Assembly: GCA_043732345.1 (NCBI GenBank)
Contig: JAYTHS010000059.1
Span: forward strand, 1 to 43,819
From: Frankiales bacterium
GTDB lineage: Bacteria; Actinomycetota; Actinomycetes; Mycobacteriales; SCTD01
Length of the DNA: 43,819 bases
Reading direction: 5' to 3'
Below are positions 9,747 through 19,005 of this stretch, piece after piece. Position 1 is the stretch's first letter, and each line of letters starts with the position of its first letter. The notes under the pieces were generated by a model. That model was not told where the DNA came from. It was given only the letters and a program-made list of their open reading frames with translations, and did no database searches. The position numbers were made by a program, and so were the translations under genes.

Positions 9747-10547
9747 TCAGCGGGAGGTGGTCTGGACGAAGTCCAGGAAGGTCGTGTTGAAGGGGTCGGG
9801 GGACTCCCACAGGCAGGCGTGGCCGCCGGGGACGGTCGCCCAGCGGGACCCCTCGATGCCGTCGTGCAGGCGGCGGGAGAGCCGGACCGGGATGAGGATG
9901 TCCTCCTCACCGGCGAGCACGAGAGTCGGGACCGACACCTGCCCGAGCCGGTCGGTCGTGTCGTGCTGCTGGATCACGTTGAGCTGCGACAGGTAGGCCT
10001 CGAGCGACATGGGCAGGCCCGCCATGGCGTCCTCGAACTCCACGGCGTCGGCGGTCCGGGTCTCGAAGAACGGCACCGTGAAGGCCCACAGCGAGACGTC
10101 GCGCATGACGAACGGGACGCCCATGCCGCGGGCGAGCTCGGCCCACATGGCGAACATCCGGGAGCAGAACTCGCCCGGGGCCGCGTAGGTGCAGGCGAGG
10201 GTGAGAGAGCGGAGGTCCTCGCCGTGCGCGAGGGCGTACTCCTGGGCGATCATCCCGCCCATCGAGACTCCCATGAGGTGGACGTCGGTCAGCCCCAGGT
10301 GGTCCACCAGGGCTTTGGCGTCGTCGGCCAGCATCCGCGAGGTGTACGGCCCGGCCGGGGCGGACGACTCGCCGATGCCCCGGTTGTCGAAGCGGAGCAC
10401 CCGGTGCCCGGCCGCGAGCAGCGCCGGCACCTGGAAGTCCCAGGACACCAGGTCGTCGGCGAGGCCGTTGATGAGCACGATGGTCTGCTCACCCTCGCCC
10501 TCGAGCACGTAGTTGAGGTCGATGTCGTTCACGTGGGCCGTGGGCAC
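9747..10547 (-). CDS. Alpha/beta hydrolase (enol-lactonase/esterase-like)
   Basis: GTG start with AAGGGAG; FDNRGIGES, nucleophile GVSMGG, GEED acid, GGHA histidine. Confidence 0.85.
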   Translation of the reverse strand: MPTAHVNDIDLNYVLEGEGEQTIVLINGLADDLVSWDFQVPALLAAGHRVLRFDNRGIGESSAPAGPYTSRMLADDAKALVDHLGLTDVHLMGVSMGGMIAQEYALAHGEDLRSLTLACTYAAPGEFCSRMFAMWAELARGMGVPFVMRDVSLWAFTVPFFETRTADAVEFEDAMAGLPMSLEAYLSQLNVIQQHDTTDRLGQVSVPTLVLAGEEDILIPVRLSRRLHDGIEGSRWATVPGGHACLWESPDPFNTTFLDFVQTTSR

Positions 10548-11569
10548 GCGGAGCTCCCTTGTCGTGGGTGGGTGGCGGGGTCGTGGAAGTGAGGGTCGTC
10601 GTCGGTGGGTGCCGTAACCACTGGGCAGGCGACTGCCTGGCGGTTCGGGACGGGGAGCAGGCGGGGTACGGCGGACCGGCAGTCCGGCCGGGCCAGGGCG
10701 CACCGCGGGTGGAAGGCGCACCCGGACGGCGGGTGCACTGGACTGGGGATCTCGCCAGGCAGCGGGTCGTGGGTGAGCCGTCGTCGCGGGTCGGGGTGGG
10801 GGATCGCGGCGACCAGGGCCCGGGTGTAGGGGTGCAGCGGGTTGCGAAGGACGGTGGCGGCGGGGCCGTCCTCCACGATGCGCCCGAGGTTCATCACGGC
10901 GACGTTGTCGCTGACGTGCTCCACCACGCCGAGGTCGTGGGCGATGAAGACGGTCGCGAGCCCGAGGTCTCTGCGCAGGTCGGCGAACAGGTTGAGCACC
11001 TGGGCCTGGACGCTGACGTCGAGGGCGCTGACCGGCTCGTCGGCGACGATGAGGTCCGGTGAGGTCGTGAGCGCGGCGGTGATCCCGACGCGCTGGCGCT
11101 GGCCGCCGGACAGGTGCCTCGGCAGCCGCCCGGTCAGGGCCGGGCTCAGCCCCACCCGCTCGAACAGCTCCTGGACGCGGCGGTCGCGGTCGGCAGGGAT
11201 GCCGACCCGGTGGATGTCCAAGGCCTCTCGGACGCTGCGGCCGACCGGCCAGCGCGGGTCCAGGCTGCCGAAGGGGTCTTGGAAGACCGGCTGCACCCGG
11301 CGCCGGAACTCCGCCAGGTCGCGGCGCGGCATCGTCTGGACGTCCTGGCCATCGAAGAGCACCTGGCCCGCGTCGGGCCGGGTCAAGGCCAGGATGCACC
11401 GGCCGAGGGTGCTCTTGCCGCTGCCGGACTCCCCGACCAGCCCGAGCGTGCGGCCGCGGCCGAGCCGCAGGTCGATGTCGGTGACGGCGTGGACGCGCCG
11501 CTGCCGCCACGGAGGCCCGCCGGCCGGGAACGTCTTGACCAGGCCCTGGACCTGCAGCAGCTCGGTCAC
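10529..11569 (-). CDS. Oligo/dipeptide ABC ATP-binding subunit (DppF-like)
   Basis: GESGSGKS, LSGGQRQR, ADEPVSALDVSVQAQ, HPYTRAL, GCAFHPRC. Confidence 0.9.
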   Translation of the reverse strand: MTELLQVQGLVKTFPAGGPPWRQRRVHAVTDIDLRLGRGRTLGLVGESGSGKSTLGRCILALTRPDAGQVLFDGQDVQTMPRRDLAEFRRRVQPVFQDPFGSLDPRWPVGRSVREALDIHRVGIPADRDRRVQELFERVGLSPALTGRLPRHLSGGQRQRVGITAALTTSPDLIVADEPVSALDVSVQAQVLNLFADLRRDLGLATVFIAHDLGVVEHVSDNVAVMNLGRIVEDGPAATVLRNPLHPYTRALVAAIPHPDPRRRLTHDPLPGEIPSPVHPPSGCAFHPRCALARPDCRSAVPRLLPVPNRQAVACPVVTAPTDDDPHFHDPATHPRQGSSACPRPT

Positions 11570-12561
11570 CGGTCGGCCGCCGTGGTTGTATTGGCAGGCG
11601 CGGTCGTCGCGGGGGCGCGCCAGCACGCCACTGCCGAGGTCGGGGATCCGAGCAGCTCCGGTGCCTGGTCGCACAGGTCGGTGCGCAGCGGGCACCGGGA
11701 CGCGAAGCGGCACCCGGCGTCACGGTCTGCCAGGTCGGGGACCTGCCCGGGGATGTCGGCCAGGCGGCCGCCGGTCGCGGTGGCGCTGGGCAGGGCTCCG
11801 AGCAGCGCCCGGGTGTAGGGGTGGCGGGGGTGGTCGAACAGCTCCTCCGCCCGGCCGAGCTCGACCAGCTGGCCGGCGTACATCACACCGACCCGGTCGC
11901 AGACCTGTACCACGACGCCGAGGTCGTGGGTGATGAGGAGCACCGCGGTGCCGCGCTGCTCCCGCAGCCTGCCGATCAGGCCGAGGATCTGCGCTTGGAT
12001 CGTGACGTCGAGCGCGGTCGTCGGTTCGTCGGCGATCAGCACCTGCGGGGAGTTGGCCAGCGCAGCGGCGATGACGATCCGCTGGCGCATGCCGCCTGAC
12101 AGCCGGTGGGGCGGGTCGCCGTAGCGCTCCGCGGCCGCCGGGATGCCGACCTCGGTCATGAGCCGGAGGGTCTCGGTGCGGGCCTGCTTGCGGCTCACGT
12201 CGCGGTGGGCGCGGATGGTCTCGGCGACCTGGTCGCCCACCGGCCAGATCGGGTCCAGGCTGGTTGAGGGGTCCTGAAAGACCATGGACACGGTGTTGCC
12301 CCGCAGGGCCCGCAGCTCCTCGTCGGCGAGACCGACGAGCTCCCGCCCGTCCAGCAGCACCGACCCCGACACCTGGGCGGAGCCGGGCAGCAGCCCCATG
12401 ACGGCGTTCGCGAGAGTGCTCTTGCCACAGCCACTCTCGCCGACCAGGCCGACGATCTCCCCCGGGCCGACGTCGAGCGACACGTTCTCGACCGCAGGCA
12501 CCGGCACACCGTCGACGACGAACCGGACGGTCAGGTCGGTCAGGCTCAGGGCGGCGGGCAC
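11566..12561 (-). CDS. Oligo/dipeptide ABC ATP-binding subunit (DppD-like)
   Basis: [40 protein letters not shown]. Confidence 0.9.
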   Translation of the reverse strand: MPAALSLTDLTVRFVVDGVPVPAVENVSLDVGPGEIVGLVGESGCGKSTLANAVMGLLPGSAQVSGSVLLDGRELVGLADEELRALRGNTVSMVFQDPSTSLDPIWPVGDQVAETIRAHRDVSRKQARTETLRLMTEVGIPAAAERYGDPPHRLSGGMRQRIVIAAALANSPQVLIADEPTTALDVTIQAQILGLIGRLREQRGTAVLLITHDLGVVVQVCDRVGVMYAGQLVELGRAEELFDHPRHPYTRALLGALPSATATGGRLADIPGQVPDLADRDAGCRFASRCPLRTDLCDQAPELLGSPTSAVACWRAPATTAPANTTTAADR

Positions 12562-13400
12562 GCCGCCACCCGCTCGGGGTCGAGGGTACGGCGGAGCCCG
12601 TCGCCGACCAGGGTGAACGCGATGACGGCAAGGGCGATGGCCAGACCGGGGAACACCTCGACCCACGGCGCCTGGGTCAGCACGTCCCGGCCGTCGGCCA
12701 GCATCCCGCCCAGGGACGGGGTGGGCGGCTGCGTTCCGAGGCCGAGGAAGCTCAGTGCCGCCTCGAGCTGCAGGGCGAACGCCGTCAGCACGGACGCCTG
12801 CACGACCGCCGGCCCGATGGCGTTGGGCAGGATGTGGCCGACCATGACGCGGACGTGGCCGGCGCCGCGCGCGCGGGCACCGACGACGTACTCGTTGCGG
12901 GTCGTGACCAGGGTGCTGCTGCGCATCACGCGGGCCAGGATCGGCAGGTAGATGACGGCGATGGCCAGGGCCGCGACGGTGCTGCCCGGGCCGAGGATCG
13001 CGATCAGGCTGATGGCCAGCAGCAGGGCCGGCAGCACCAGCAGCATGTCGAGCGTCCGGGACAGGACGCTGTCGACCCACCCGCCGAGGTAGCCGGCCAG
13101 CATCCCGAGAGGTACGGCCAGCGCGGTTGCCACCCCGACGGCGGCGACCGAGACGAGCAGGCTGATCCGGAGGGCACACATCACGCGGGAGAGCACGTCG
13201 CGGCCGAGGACGTCCGAGCCGAAGGGGTGACTCAGGTCGGGGGAGCCCAGCACTCGGCTGGTGACGACCGCCTCGGGATCGTGCGGGGCGAGCAGGGGCG
13301 CCGCGACCGCGACGAGGGCAAGGACCAGCAGCATGCCCAGCCCGACCCGCGCGGTGGGAGCCACCCTCGCGCGCCTGCGCTCGGCCGTCACGGCGGTCAC
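12546..13400 (-). CDS. Oligo/dipeptide ABC permease (DppC-like)
   Basis: HPFGSDVLGRDVLSR, HILPN, EAALSFLGLG. Confidence 0.88.
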   Translation of the reverse strand: MTAVTAERRRARVAPTARVGLGMLLVLALVAVAAPLLAPHDPEAVVTSRVLGSPDLSHPFGSDVLGRDVLSRVMCALRISLLVSVAAVGVATALAVPLGMLAGYLGGWVDSVLSRTLDMLLVLPALLLAISLIAILGPGSTVAALAIAVIYLPILARVMRSSTLVTTRNEYVVGARARGAGHVRVMVGHILPNAIGPAVVQASVLTAFALQLEAALSFLGLGTQPPTPSLGGMLADGRDVLTQAPWVEVFPGLAIALAVIAFTLVGDGLRRTLDPERVAACPPP

Positions 13401-14356
13401 GTCCCGGCCCCGTCGGAGACGCGCGGGTCCAGCAGGCCGACGAGCAGGTCCATCACCAGCGACACGACGATGAACATGGCCGCGATCACCAGGACCCCGG
13501 CCTGGACCGTCGGGTAGTTGCGCTGGTTGATGGCGGTGACGACCAGCCGACCCACCCCGGGCAGCGCGAAGAGCGTCTCGACGACGATCGCGCCGCCGAG
13601 CAGGACCCCGACCTGGATGCCGATGACGGTGACAATCGTCGGCGCGGCGTTGCGCAGCGCGTGGCCGGCGACGATCCGCCAACGGGACAGGCCCTTGGCC
13701 CGCAGGAAACTCACGTACGGCCGGTCCAGAGCCTCCTCCAGCGCCCCCCGGGTCGTCCGCAGCAGGTAGGCGGCCTCGGCGGTGGCGAGGGTCAGCACCG
13801 GCAGGGCCAGGTAGCGCAGGTTCGCGGCCGGGTCCTGCCCGAACGGCGCGTAGCCCGACGGCGGCAGGACGCTCAGGGTGCCGGCGAACAGCAGCACCAG
13901 CATGATCCCGAGCCAGAAGTCCGGGATGCTGATGCCCAGGACGACGAAGCCGTGGGTGAGCCGCTTGGTCCACCGGCCGCCGACGGCCGACCACACCCCG
14001 AGCGGGACGCCGACCAGCACCGCCAGCAGCATCGAGAGTCCGGTCAGCTCCAGGGTGACCGGCAGCCGCTGCGAGAGCAGCCCGGTGAGCGGGGCCCGGC
14101 TGACGAGGTCCTGCCCCAGGTCGCCGTGCAGCAGCCCGGACAGGAAGTGCCCGAACTGCTGCAGCACCGGCTGGTCCAGGCCGAGCCGGTGCCGGACGGC
14201 GACGACGTTGGCCTCGGTGGCCCGGAAGCCCAGCATCGTGCGCACCGGGTCCCCGGGCACGAGCCGGATGATGAGGAACACGAACACGCTCATGGCGAGC
14301 AGCACCGGGACGGTGAGCAGCACCCGCCGCAGGACGAAGGCCAGCCGCGGGCTCAT
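13397..14356 (-). CDS. Oligo/dipeptide ABC permease (DppB-like)
   Basis: LVPGDP, LGLDQP, RLPVTLEL, SIPDFWLG, AKGL, HALRNA, VETLFALPGVGRL. Confidence 0.9.
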   Translation of the reverse strand: MSPRLAFVLRRVLLTVPVLLAMSVFVFLIIRLVPGDPVRTMLGFRATEANVVAVRHRLGLDQPVLQQFGHFLSGLLHGDLGQDLVSRAPLTGLLSQRLPVTLELTGLSMLLAVLVGVPLGVWSAVGGRWTKRLTHGFVVLGISIPDFWLGIMLVLLFAGTLSVLPPSGYAPFGQDPAANLRYLALPVLTLATAEAAYLLRTTRGALEEALDRPYVSFLRAKGLSRWRIVAGHALRNAAPTIVTVIGIQVGVLLGGAIVVETLFALPGVGRLVVTAINQRNYPTVQAGVLVIAAMFIVVSLVMDLLVGLLDPRVSDGAGT

Positions 14357-15123
14357 GACCCGCCGTCCTGGACCCGGCGCACGAGGTCGCGGATGAGGTC
14401 CTCGGACAGCGTGAAGTGGGAGCGGGCCACGGTGGCGGCGGTGTCCGTCAGCCCGCCGAGGACGGCCTCGGCGAGGCGGACGTGCTGGTCGCGGGCCGTC
14501 CGGCGTACGTGCTCGGTGTGGGGCTCTGCCCCCAGGTTGAGGCTGACCCGGGACCGGAGCTGGCTCGACAGGCCCAGCAGGACCGGGCTGTGCGCAGCCT
14601 CGGCGATGGCCCGGTGCAGCCGCTCGTCGGCCTGCCGTGACGCCTCGCGGTCCTGGGCGTTCTCGTAGTCGCTGAGTGCCGCGCGGATGACGTCGCAGTC
14701 CGCGGGGGTTCGTCGTACGGAGGCGGTCCGGGCGATGAGCGGCTCGAGCAGGGTGCGGGCGTCGAACAGGGCCTCGAAGGCCTCCCAGTTGGGGACCAGG
14801 TGGCGGCGGACCATGTCGGCGGACGACGGGCCCCAGTCGGCCAGCACGAAGTAGCCGCCGTGGCGTCCCCGACGGACCTCGACGTAGCCGGTCTCGGTGA
14901 GGCGTCGGAGCGCGTCGCGCACCGTGGAGCGGGACACCCCGAGCATCAGCGCGAGCTCGCGTTCGCTCGGCAGGCACTGTCCGGGGACGTAGACCCCGAG
15001 CGCGACCGCGGTCACCAGCCGCTCGACGACCTGGTCGGCCACGTTGCGCGCGACGATGGGCTCGCCGAGCGGCGCCGCCGCGGTGACGGTCGGGCCGGCG
15101 AGGTGCAGCTCCGGGATCGTCAC
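14353..15123 (-). CDS. GntR/FadR-family transcriptional regulator
   Basis: LPSERELALMLGVSRSTVRDAL HTH; FCD-like C-terminus (DERLHRAIAEAAHS). Confidence 0.88.
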   Translation of the reverse strand: MTIPELHLAGPTVTAAAPLGEPIVARNVADQVVERLVTAVALGVYVPGQCLPSERELALMLGVSRSTVRDALRRLTETGYVEVRRGRHGGYFVLADWGPSSADMVRRHLVPNWEAFEALFDARTLLEPLIARTASVRRTPADCDVIRAALSDYENAQDREASRQADERLHRAIAEAAHSPVLLGLSSQLRSRVSLNLGAEPHTEHVRRTARDQHVRLAEAVLGGLTDTAATVARSHFTLSEDLIRDLVRRVQDGGS

Positions 15124-16391
15124 GCCCCGCTCCCGAACCGGGTGAGCAGGAAGCGTGCGAGCGTCCGGGCGCCGGCCACGATGCTGGCCAGGTCGACCGA
15201 CTCGTCGACCCCGTGGATGTCGTGCGCCAGGGCGCCGAAGCACAGGGCCGGCACCCCGAAGTCGTTGAGGTAGGTGCGGGCGTCGGTGGTGCTGCCCAGG
15301 CTGTACGCCAGGGGCCGAGTCCCGTGGGCCTGCTCGTGGGCGTCGCTCATGGCTGTGACGAGCTCGTGCGACTCCTCGAGGACGTAGCCGCGGGCGCGCA
15401 GGCCCGAGGCCGTGACCGTCGGCAGCCCGGGGAACCGCGGGTCGGCGTCCACGAGGCGGCCGACCGTGGCGCGGACCTCCTGCTCGGCCCGCTCAGCGGT
15501 CCAGGCCCTGGGGAAGCCGATGCGCAGCCGGAACGTCGCCGTGACGGGGACGCTGGAGTGCCAGTCACCCGCGCTGACCCCGCCCAGGTTGACGTTGTAA
15601 GGGCTGGTGACGGCGGACAGGCCCGGGTCGGGCACCTGCTCGACGAGGCCGGCGCACCAGGCCCGGAGCCCCTCGACCACCACCATCCCGAGGTCGACCG
15701 GATTGGCCGCGAGATGGGCGGACTCGGCGTGGGTGGACCGGCCGCGGACCTCGAGGTCCACCCACAGGACCCCGACGCCGCCGACGAGCAGGTCCAGGCC
15801 GGTCGGCTCGAGCAGGACGACCGCCTCGGCGAGGGCGTCCTGGTGGGCGGCGGACCACAGGGCGCCGTTGCCGGTGCACTCCTCCTCGATGACGGCGAGG
15901 AACCCCAGTCGCCGCTGCACGAACAGGTTGGGTGCGACCTCGCCCAGGGCCCGCAGCGCCAGGCAGCCCAGGGCGAAGCCGCCCTTCATGTCCCCGGTCC
16001 CGCGGCCGTACATGCGGCCGTCGCGACGGTCGGGGGTGAAGGGCGCCGTGGTCCACAGTGCAGGCGAGTCGGCCGGGACGACGTCCATGTGCCCGTTCAG
16101 CAAGACGTGCAGCGGGCCGGTGCCCGGAGTCGTCCCGAGCACCTGGTAGCGCGGGCCGCCGGGCACGGCCTGGCTCACGCCCGCCCGGGGGTCCTCGAGG
16201 GGACCGGAGGGGAACGGCAGCCGGTCCACCTGCAGACCGAGGCGGTGCAGCTCTCCGGCCAGCACCTCGAGCGCCGCCTGCTCGCGCCCGACCGTGCTGT
16301 CCGCCGCGACGAGGTCCTCGAGCAGGGCGAAGGCGCCCTCGGCATGCCGCTCGACGGCGTCGTCGAGCGCGGCGAACTCGGCGAACGGCAA
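15120..16391 (-). CDS. M20-family ArgE/DapE-like deacylase
   Basis: LNGHMDVVP, GRGTGDMKGG, IEEECTGNG and IHGVDE metal-ligand motifs; TTG start with GGGAG. Confidence 0.85.
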   Translation of the reverse strand: MPFAEFAALDDAVERHAEGAFALLEDLVAADSTVGREQAALEVLAGELHRLGLQVDRLPFPSGPLEDPRAGVSQAVPGGPRYQVLGTTPGTGPLHVLLNGHMDVVPADSPALWTTAPFTPDRRDGRMYGRGTGDMKGGFALGCLALRALGEVAPNLFVQRRLGFLAVIEEECTGNGALWSAAHQDALAEAVVLLEPTGLDLLVGGVGVLWVDLEVRGRSTHAESAHLAANPVDLGMVVVEGLRAWCAGLVEQVPDPGLSAVTSPYNVNLGGVSAGDWHSSVPVTATFRLRIGFPRAWTAERAEQEVRATVGRLVDADPRFPGLPTVTASGLRARGYVLEESHELVTAMSDAHEQAHGTRPLAYSLGSTTDARTYLNDFGVPALCFGALAHDIHGVDESVDLASIVAGARTLARFLLTRFGSGA

Positions 16392-16410
16392 CGGGTCTCC
16401 CGGGGTCAGA

Positions 16411-16434
16411 GGTATGAGGTGCAGTCCTCACACC
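16411..16434. promoter_or_regulatory. Candidate operator palindrome of the deacylase/ABC operon
   Basis: GGTATGAGG-N6-CCTCACACC (9-bp arms, one mismatch), 20 bp upstream of the first gene. Confidence 0.5.
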
Positions 16435-16463
16435 ATTGCAGAGCTGGGTCGGTGCGACAAGCA

Positions 16464-16525
16464 CCGGGACGCGAACGGACCAGGACGCGAACGGACCAGG
16501 ACGCGAAGGGCCAGGACGCGGAGGG
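16464..16525. repeat. Four tandem 15-16 bp repeats (CCAGGACGCGAACGGA)
   Basis: Units at 16464, 16480, 16496 and 16511, degenerating rightwards. Confidence 0.85.
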
Positions 16526-16540
16526 GGTGACGTCGTGCAC

Positions 16541-16558
16541 CAGGGACCTCCGACCCTG
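16541..16558 (+). promoter_or_regulatory. DosR/DevR-like box upstream of cydA
   Basis: CAGGGACCTCCGACCCTG fits GGGAC-N4-GNCCC; a 16/18-identical copy lies at 23409-23426 on the minus strand. Confidence 0.6.
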
Positions 16559-16591
16559 GGCGGCACCCGGCTCGGCCGACACCCTCGGGGC

Positions 16592-17977
16592 ATGAGCGCT
16601 GAGACCCTCGCGCGGTGGCAGTTCGCCGTCGTCACGATCTACCACTTCCTGTTCGTCCCGCTCACGATCGGCCTGTCGGTGCTCGTCGCCGGCATGCAGA
16701 CCGCGTGGTACCGGACCGACGATCCCCGTTGGCTGGCCCTGACGCACTTCTTCGGCAAGCTCTTCCTGGTCAACTTCGCGATCGGCGTGGTCACCGGGAT
16801 CGTGCAGGAGTTCCAGTTCGGGATGAACTGGAGCGCCTACTCCCGCTTCGTCGGCGACGTCTTCGGGGCGCCGCTGGCCATGGAGGGGATCTTGGCCTTC
16901 TTCCTGGAGTCGACCTTCCTCGGCCTGTGGATCTTCGGCTGGGACAAGCTGTCCCGCCGTACGCACCTGGCGTGCCTGTGGGCAGCCGCGATCGGCACGA
17001 ACCTCAGCGCCTTCTTCATCCTGGCAGCGAACAGCTGGATGCAGCACCCCGTCGGCTACGTGCTCGACGCGGCCACCCACCGCGCCCGGCTCACCTCGAT
17101 CTGGGCGGTGCTCACCAACTCCACGGCCCTGGTGACGATCCCGCACACGCTCGCCGCGGCCTTCCTCATGGCCGGCGTGTTCGTGCTGTCGGTCAGCGCC
17201 TGGCACCTGCGCAGGGGAGCGGAGCTGTTCCGCCCGGCCCTGCGCCTGGGCATCGTGACCGTCCTGGTCGCCGGGGCTGCCGTCGCCGTCACCGGTGACC
17301 TGCAGGCCCGCATCATGACCAAGCAGCAGCCGATGAAGATGGCCGCCGCCGAGGCGCTCTACAACACCTCGGCGCCCGCGTCGTTTTCGCTGCTGACGAT
17401 CGGCTCCCTCGACGGCCACTCCGAGCTGTGGAGCCTGCGGGTGCCGAACGCGCTGTCGCTGATGGCCACCGGACGGCCCGACGGGACGGTCGAGGGGATC
17501 AACACCCTCCAGCAGCAGTCCGAGCAGAAGTACGGCCCGGGGGACTACCGGCCCTCGATCCCGCTGGCCTACTGGATGTTCCGGCTGATGATCGGCTTTG
17601 GGCTGCTCGCCTGCGGGCTCGCTGCCGGTGCCCTGTGGCTGACCCGCCGGGGCCGGTCACCCACCGGCACGTGGTTCTGGCGGGCGGCCTCCTGGTCGAT
17701 CCTGCTCCCGATCCTGGCCAACTCCACGGCGTGGATCTTCACCGAGGTCGGGCGGCAGCCGTGGTCGGTCTTCGGGCTTCTCAAGACCGCAGACTCCGCC
17801 TCCCCGACGGTCGGGGTGTCGCTGGTGGCCACCAGCTTCGTGACCCTGACGGTGCTGTACGCCGTGCTCGCCGTTGTCGAGCTCCGCATCCTGCTGACGA
17901 CCATCCGGGCGGGCGCCCACCTCGAGACCGCGGACGTCGGTGCCGGCGCGCAGCCGCAGCCGTCGTTCGCCTACTAG
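16592..17977 (+). CDS. cydA: Cytochrome bd ubiquinol oxidase subunit I
   Basis: ARWQF...YHFLFVPLT, GIVQEFQFGMNW, QPMKMAAAE, FRLMIG, WIFTEVGRQPW. Confidence 0.96.
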   Translation: MSAETLARWQFAVVTIYHFLFVPLTIGLSVLVAGMQTAWYRTDDPRWLALTHFFGKLFLVNFAIGVVTGIVQEFQFGMNWSAYSRFVGDVFGAPLAMEGILAFFLESTFLGLWIFGWDKLSRRTHLACLWAAAIGTNLSAFFILAANSWMQHPVGYVLDAATHRARLTSIWAVLTNSTALVTIPHTLAAAFLMAGVFVLSVSAWHLRRGAELFRPALRLGIVTVLVAGAAVAVTGDLQARIMTKQQPMKMAAAEALYNTSAPASFSLLTIGSLDGHSELWSLRVPNALSLMATGRPDGTVEGINTLQQQSEQKYGPGDYRPSIPLAYWMFRLMIGFGLLACGLAAGALWLTRRGRSPTGTWFWRAASWSILLPILANSTAWIFTEVGRQPWSVFGLLKTADSASPTVGVSLVATSFVTLTVLYAVLAVVELRILLTTIRAGAHLETADVGAGAQPQPSFAY

Positions 17978-17985
17978 GAGCCGAC

Positions 17986-19005
17986 GTGCACCTCTACGAC
18001 CTGTGGTTCGTGCTGATTGCCGTCCTGTGGACCGGCTACTTCGTCCTGGAGGGCTTCGACTTCGGGGTCGGGATGCTGATCCGCGTTCTGGGCCGGGACG
18101 AGGCCGAGCGCCGCGTCGTGCTGAACACGGTGGGGCCGGTCTGGGACGGCAACGAGGTCTGGTTCATCGTGGCCGGCGGGGCGACCTTCGCGGCCTTCCC
18201 GGACTGGTACGCGACGCTGTTCAGCGGCTTCTACCTGCCGTTGCTGCTGATCCTGCTGGCCCTGATCGCGCGCGGCGTGGCCTTTGAGTACCGCGGCAAG
18301 GGGGAGGGTGCACGCTGGACACATCGCTGGGACGCCGTCCTGCTGGTCGGCTCGGCCGTCCCCGCGCTGCTGTGGGGGGTGGCCTTCGGCAACCTCGTGC
18401 GCGGCGTGCCGATCGACGCTCGCGGCGACTACACCGGAGGCTTCTTCGGCCTGCTCAACCCGTACGCCCTGCTGGGCGGGCTGACGACGCTGACGGTCTT
18501 CCTGCTGCACGGCGCGCTGTTCGTCTCCCTCAAGACCCACGGGCCGGTGCACGACCGGGCACAGGCCCTGGCCGGTCGGCTGTTCCTCGTGGTGCTGCCG
18601 GTGGCCGGGGCGTTCCTGCTGTGGACCTTCCTGGCGCACCCGTCGATCGCTACCGCGGTCGCGGTCACTGTCGCGGTGGCCGCCCTGCTGGCCTCTTGGT
18701 CCTACGACGCCTGTGGCCGGGACGGCCGGGCCTTCGGGTTCAGCGCCCTGACGGTGCTGGCCAGCGTGGCGACGCTGTTCCTCGCGCTCTACCCGGACGT
18801 CATGCCCTCCTCGACGAACCCCGCCTTCAGCCTCACGGTGGCGAACGCCGCCAGCTCGCCGTACACGCTGGGGATCATGTCCTGGGTGGCGCTGCTCGGG
18901 ATGCCGGGCGTGCTGGCCTACCAGGCCTGGACGTTCTGGGTCTTCCGCAAGCGCCTGGGCGTCGGGGACATCCCGGCGGCACGACCTCTCGTCCGCTCGG
19001 AGTGA
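17986..19005 (+). CDS. cydB: Cytochrome bd ubiquinol oxidase subunit II
   Basis: LEGFDFGVG, GPVWDGNEVW, FAAFPDWYATLFSGFY; GTG start after TAGGAG. Confidence 0.96.
   Translation: MHLYDLWFVLIAVLWTGYFVLEGFDFGVGMLIRVLGRDEAERRVVLNTVGPVWDGNEVWFIVAGGATFAAFPDWYATLFSGFYLPLLLILLALIARGVAFEYRGKGEGARWTHRWDAVLLVGSAVPALLWGVAFGNLVRGVPIDARGDYTGGFFGLLNPYALLGGLTTLTVFLLHGALFVSLKTHGPVHDRAQALAGRLFLVVLPVAGAFLLWTFLAHPSIATAVAVTVAVAALLASWSYDACGRDGRAFGFSALTVLASVATLFLALYPDVMPSSTNPAFSLTVANAASSPYTLGIMSWVALLGMPGVLAYQAWTFWVFRKRLGVGDIPAARPLVRSE

Noticed and set aside
9747-13994. Long ORF-track versions (658, 537, 482 aa) suggesting fusions
   Set aside because: The extensions are Arg/Pro-rich off-frame reads of the upstream genes; true starts lie at overlaps with clear motifs.
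16526-16541. Rex/CRP site GGTGACGTCGTGCACC before cydA
   Set aside because: Only a loose match with wrong outer bases; too weak in GC-rich DNA.
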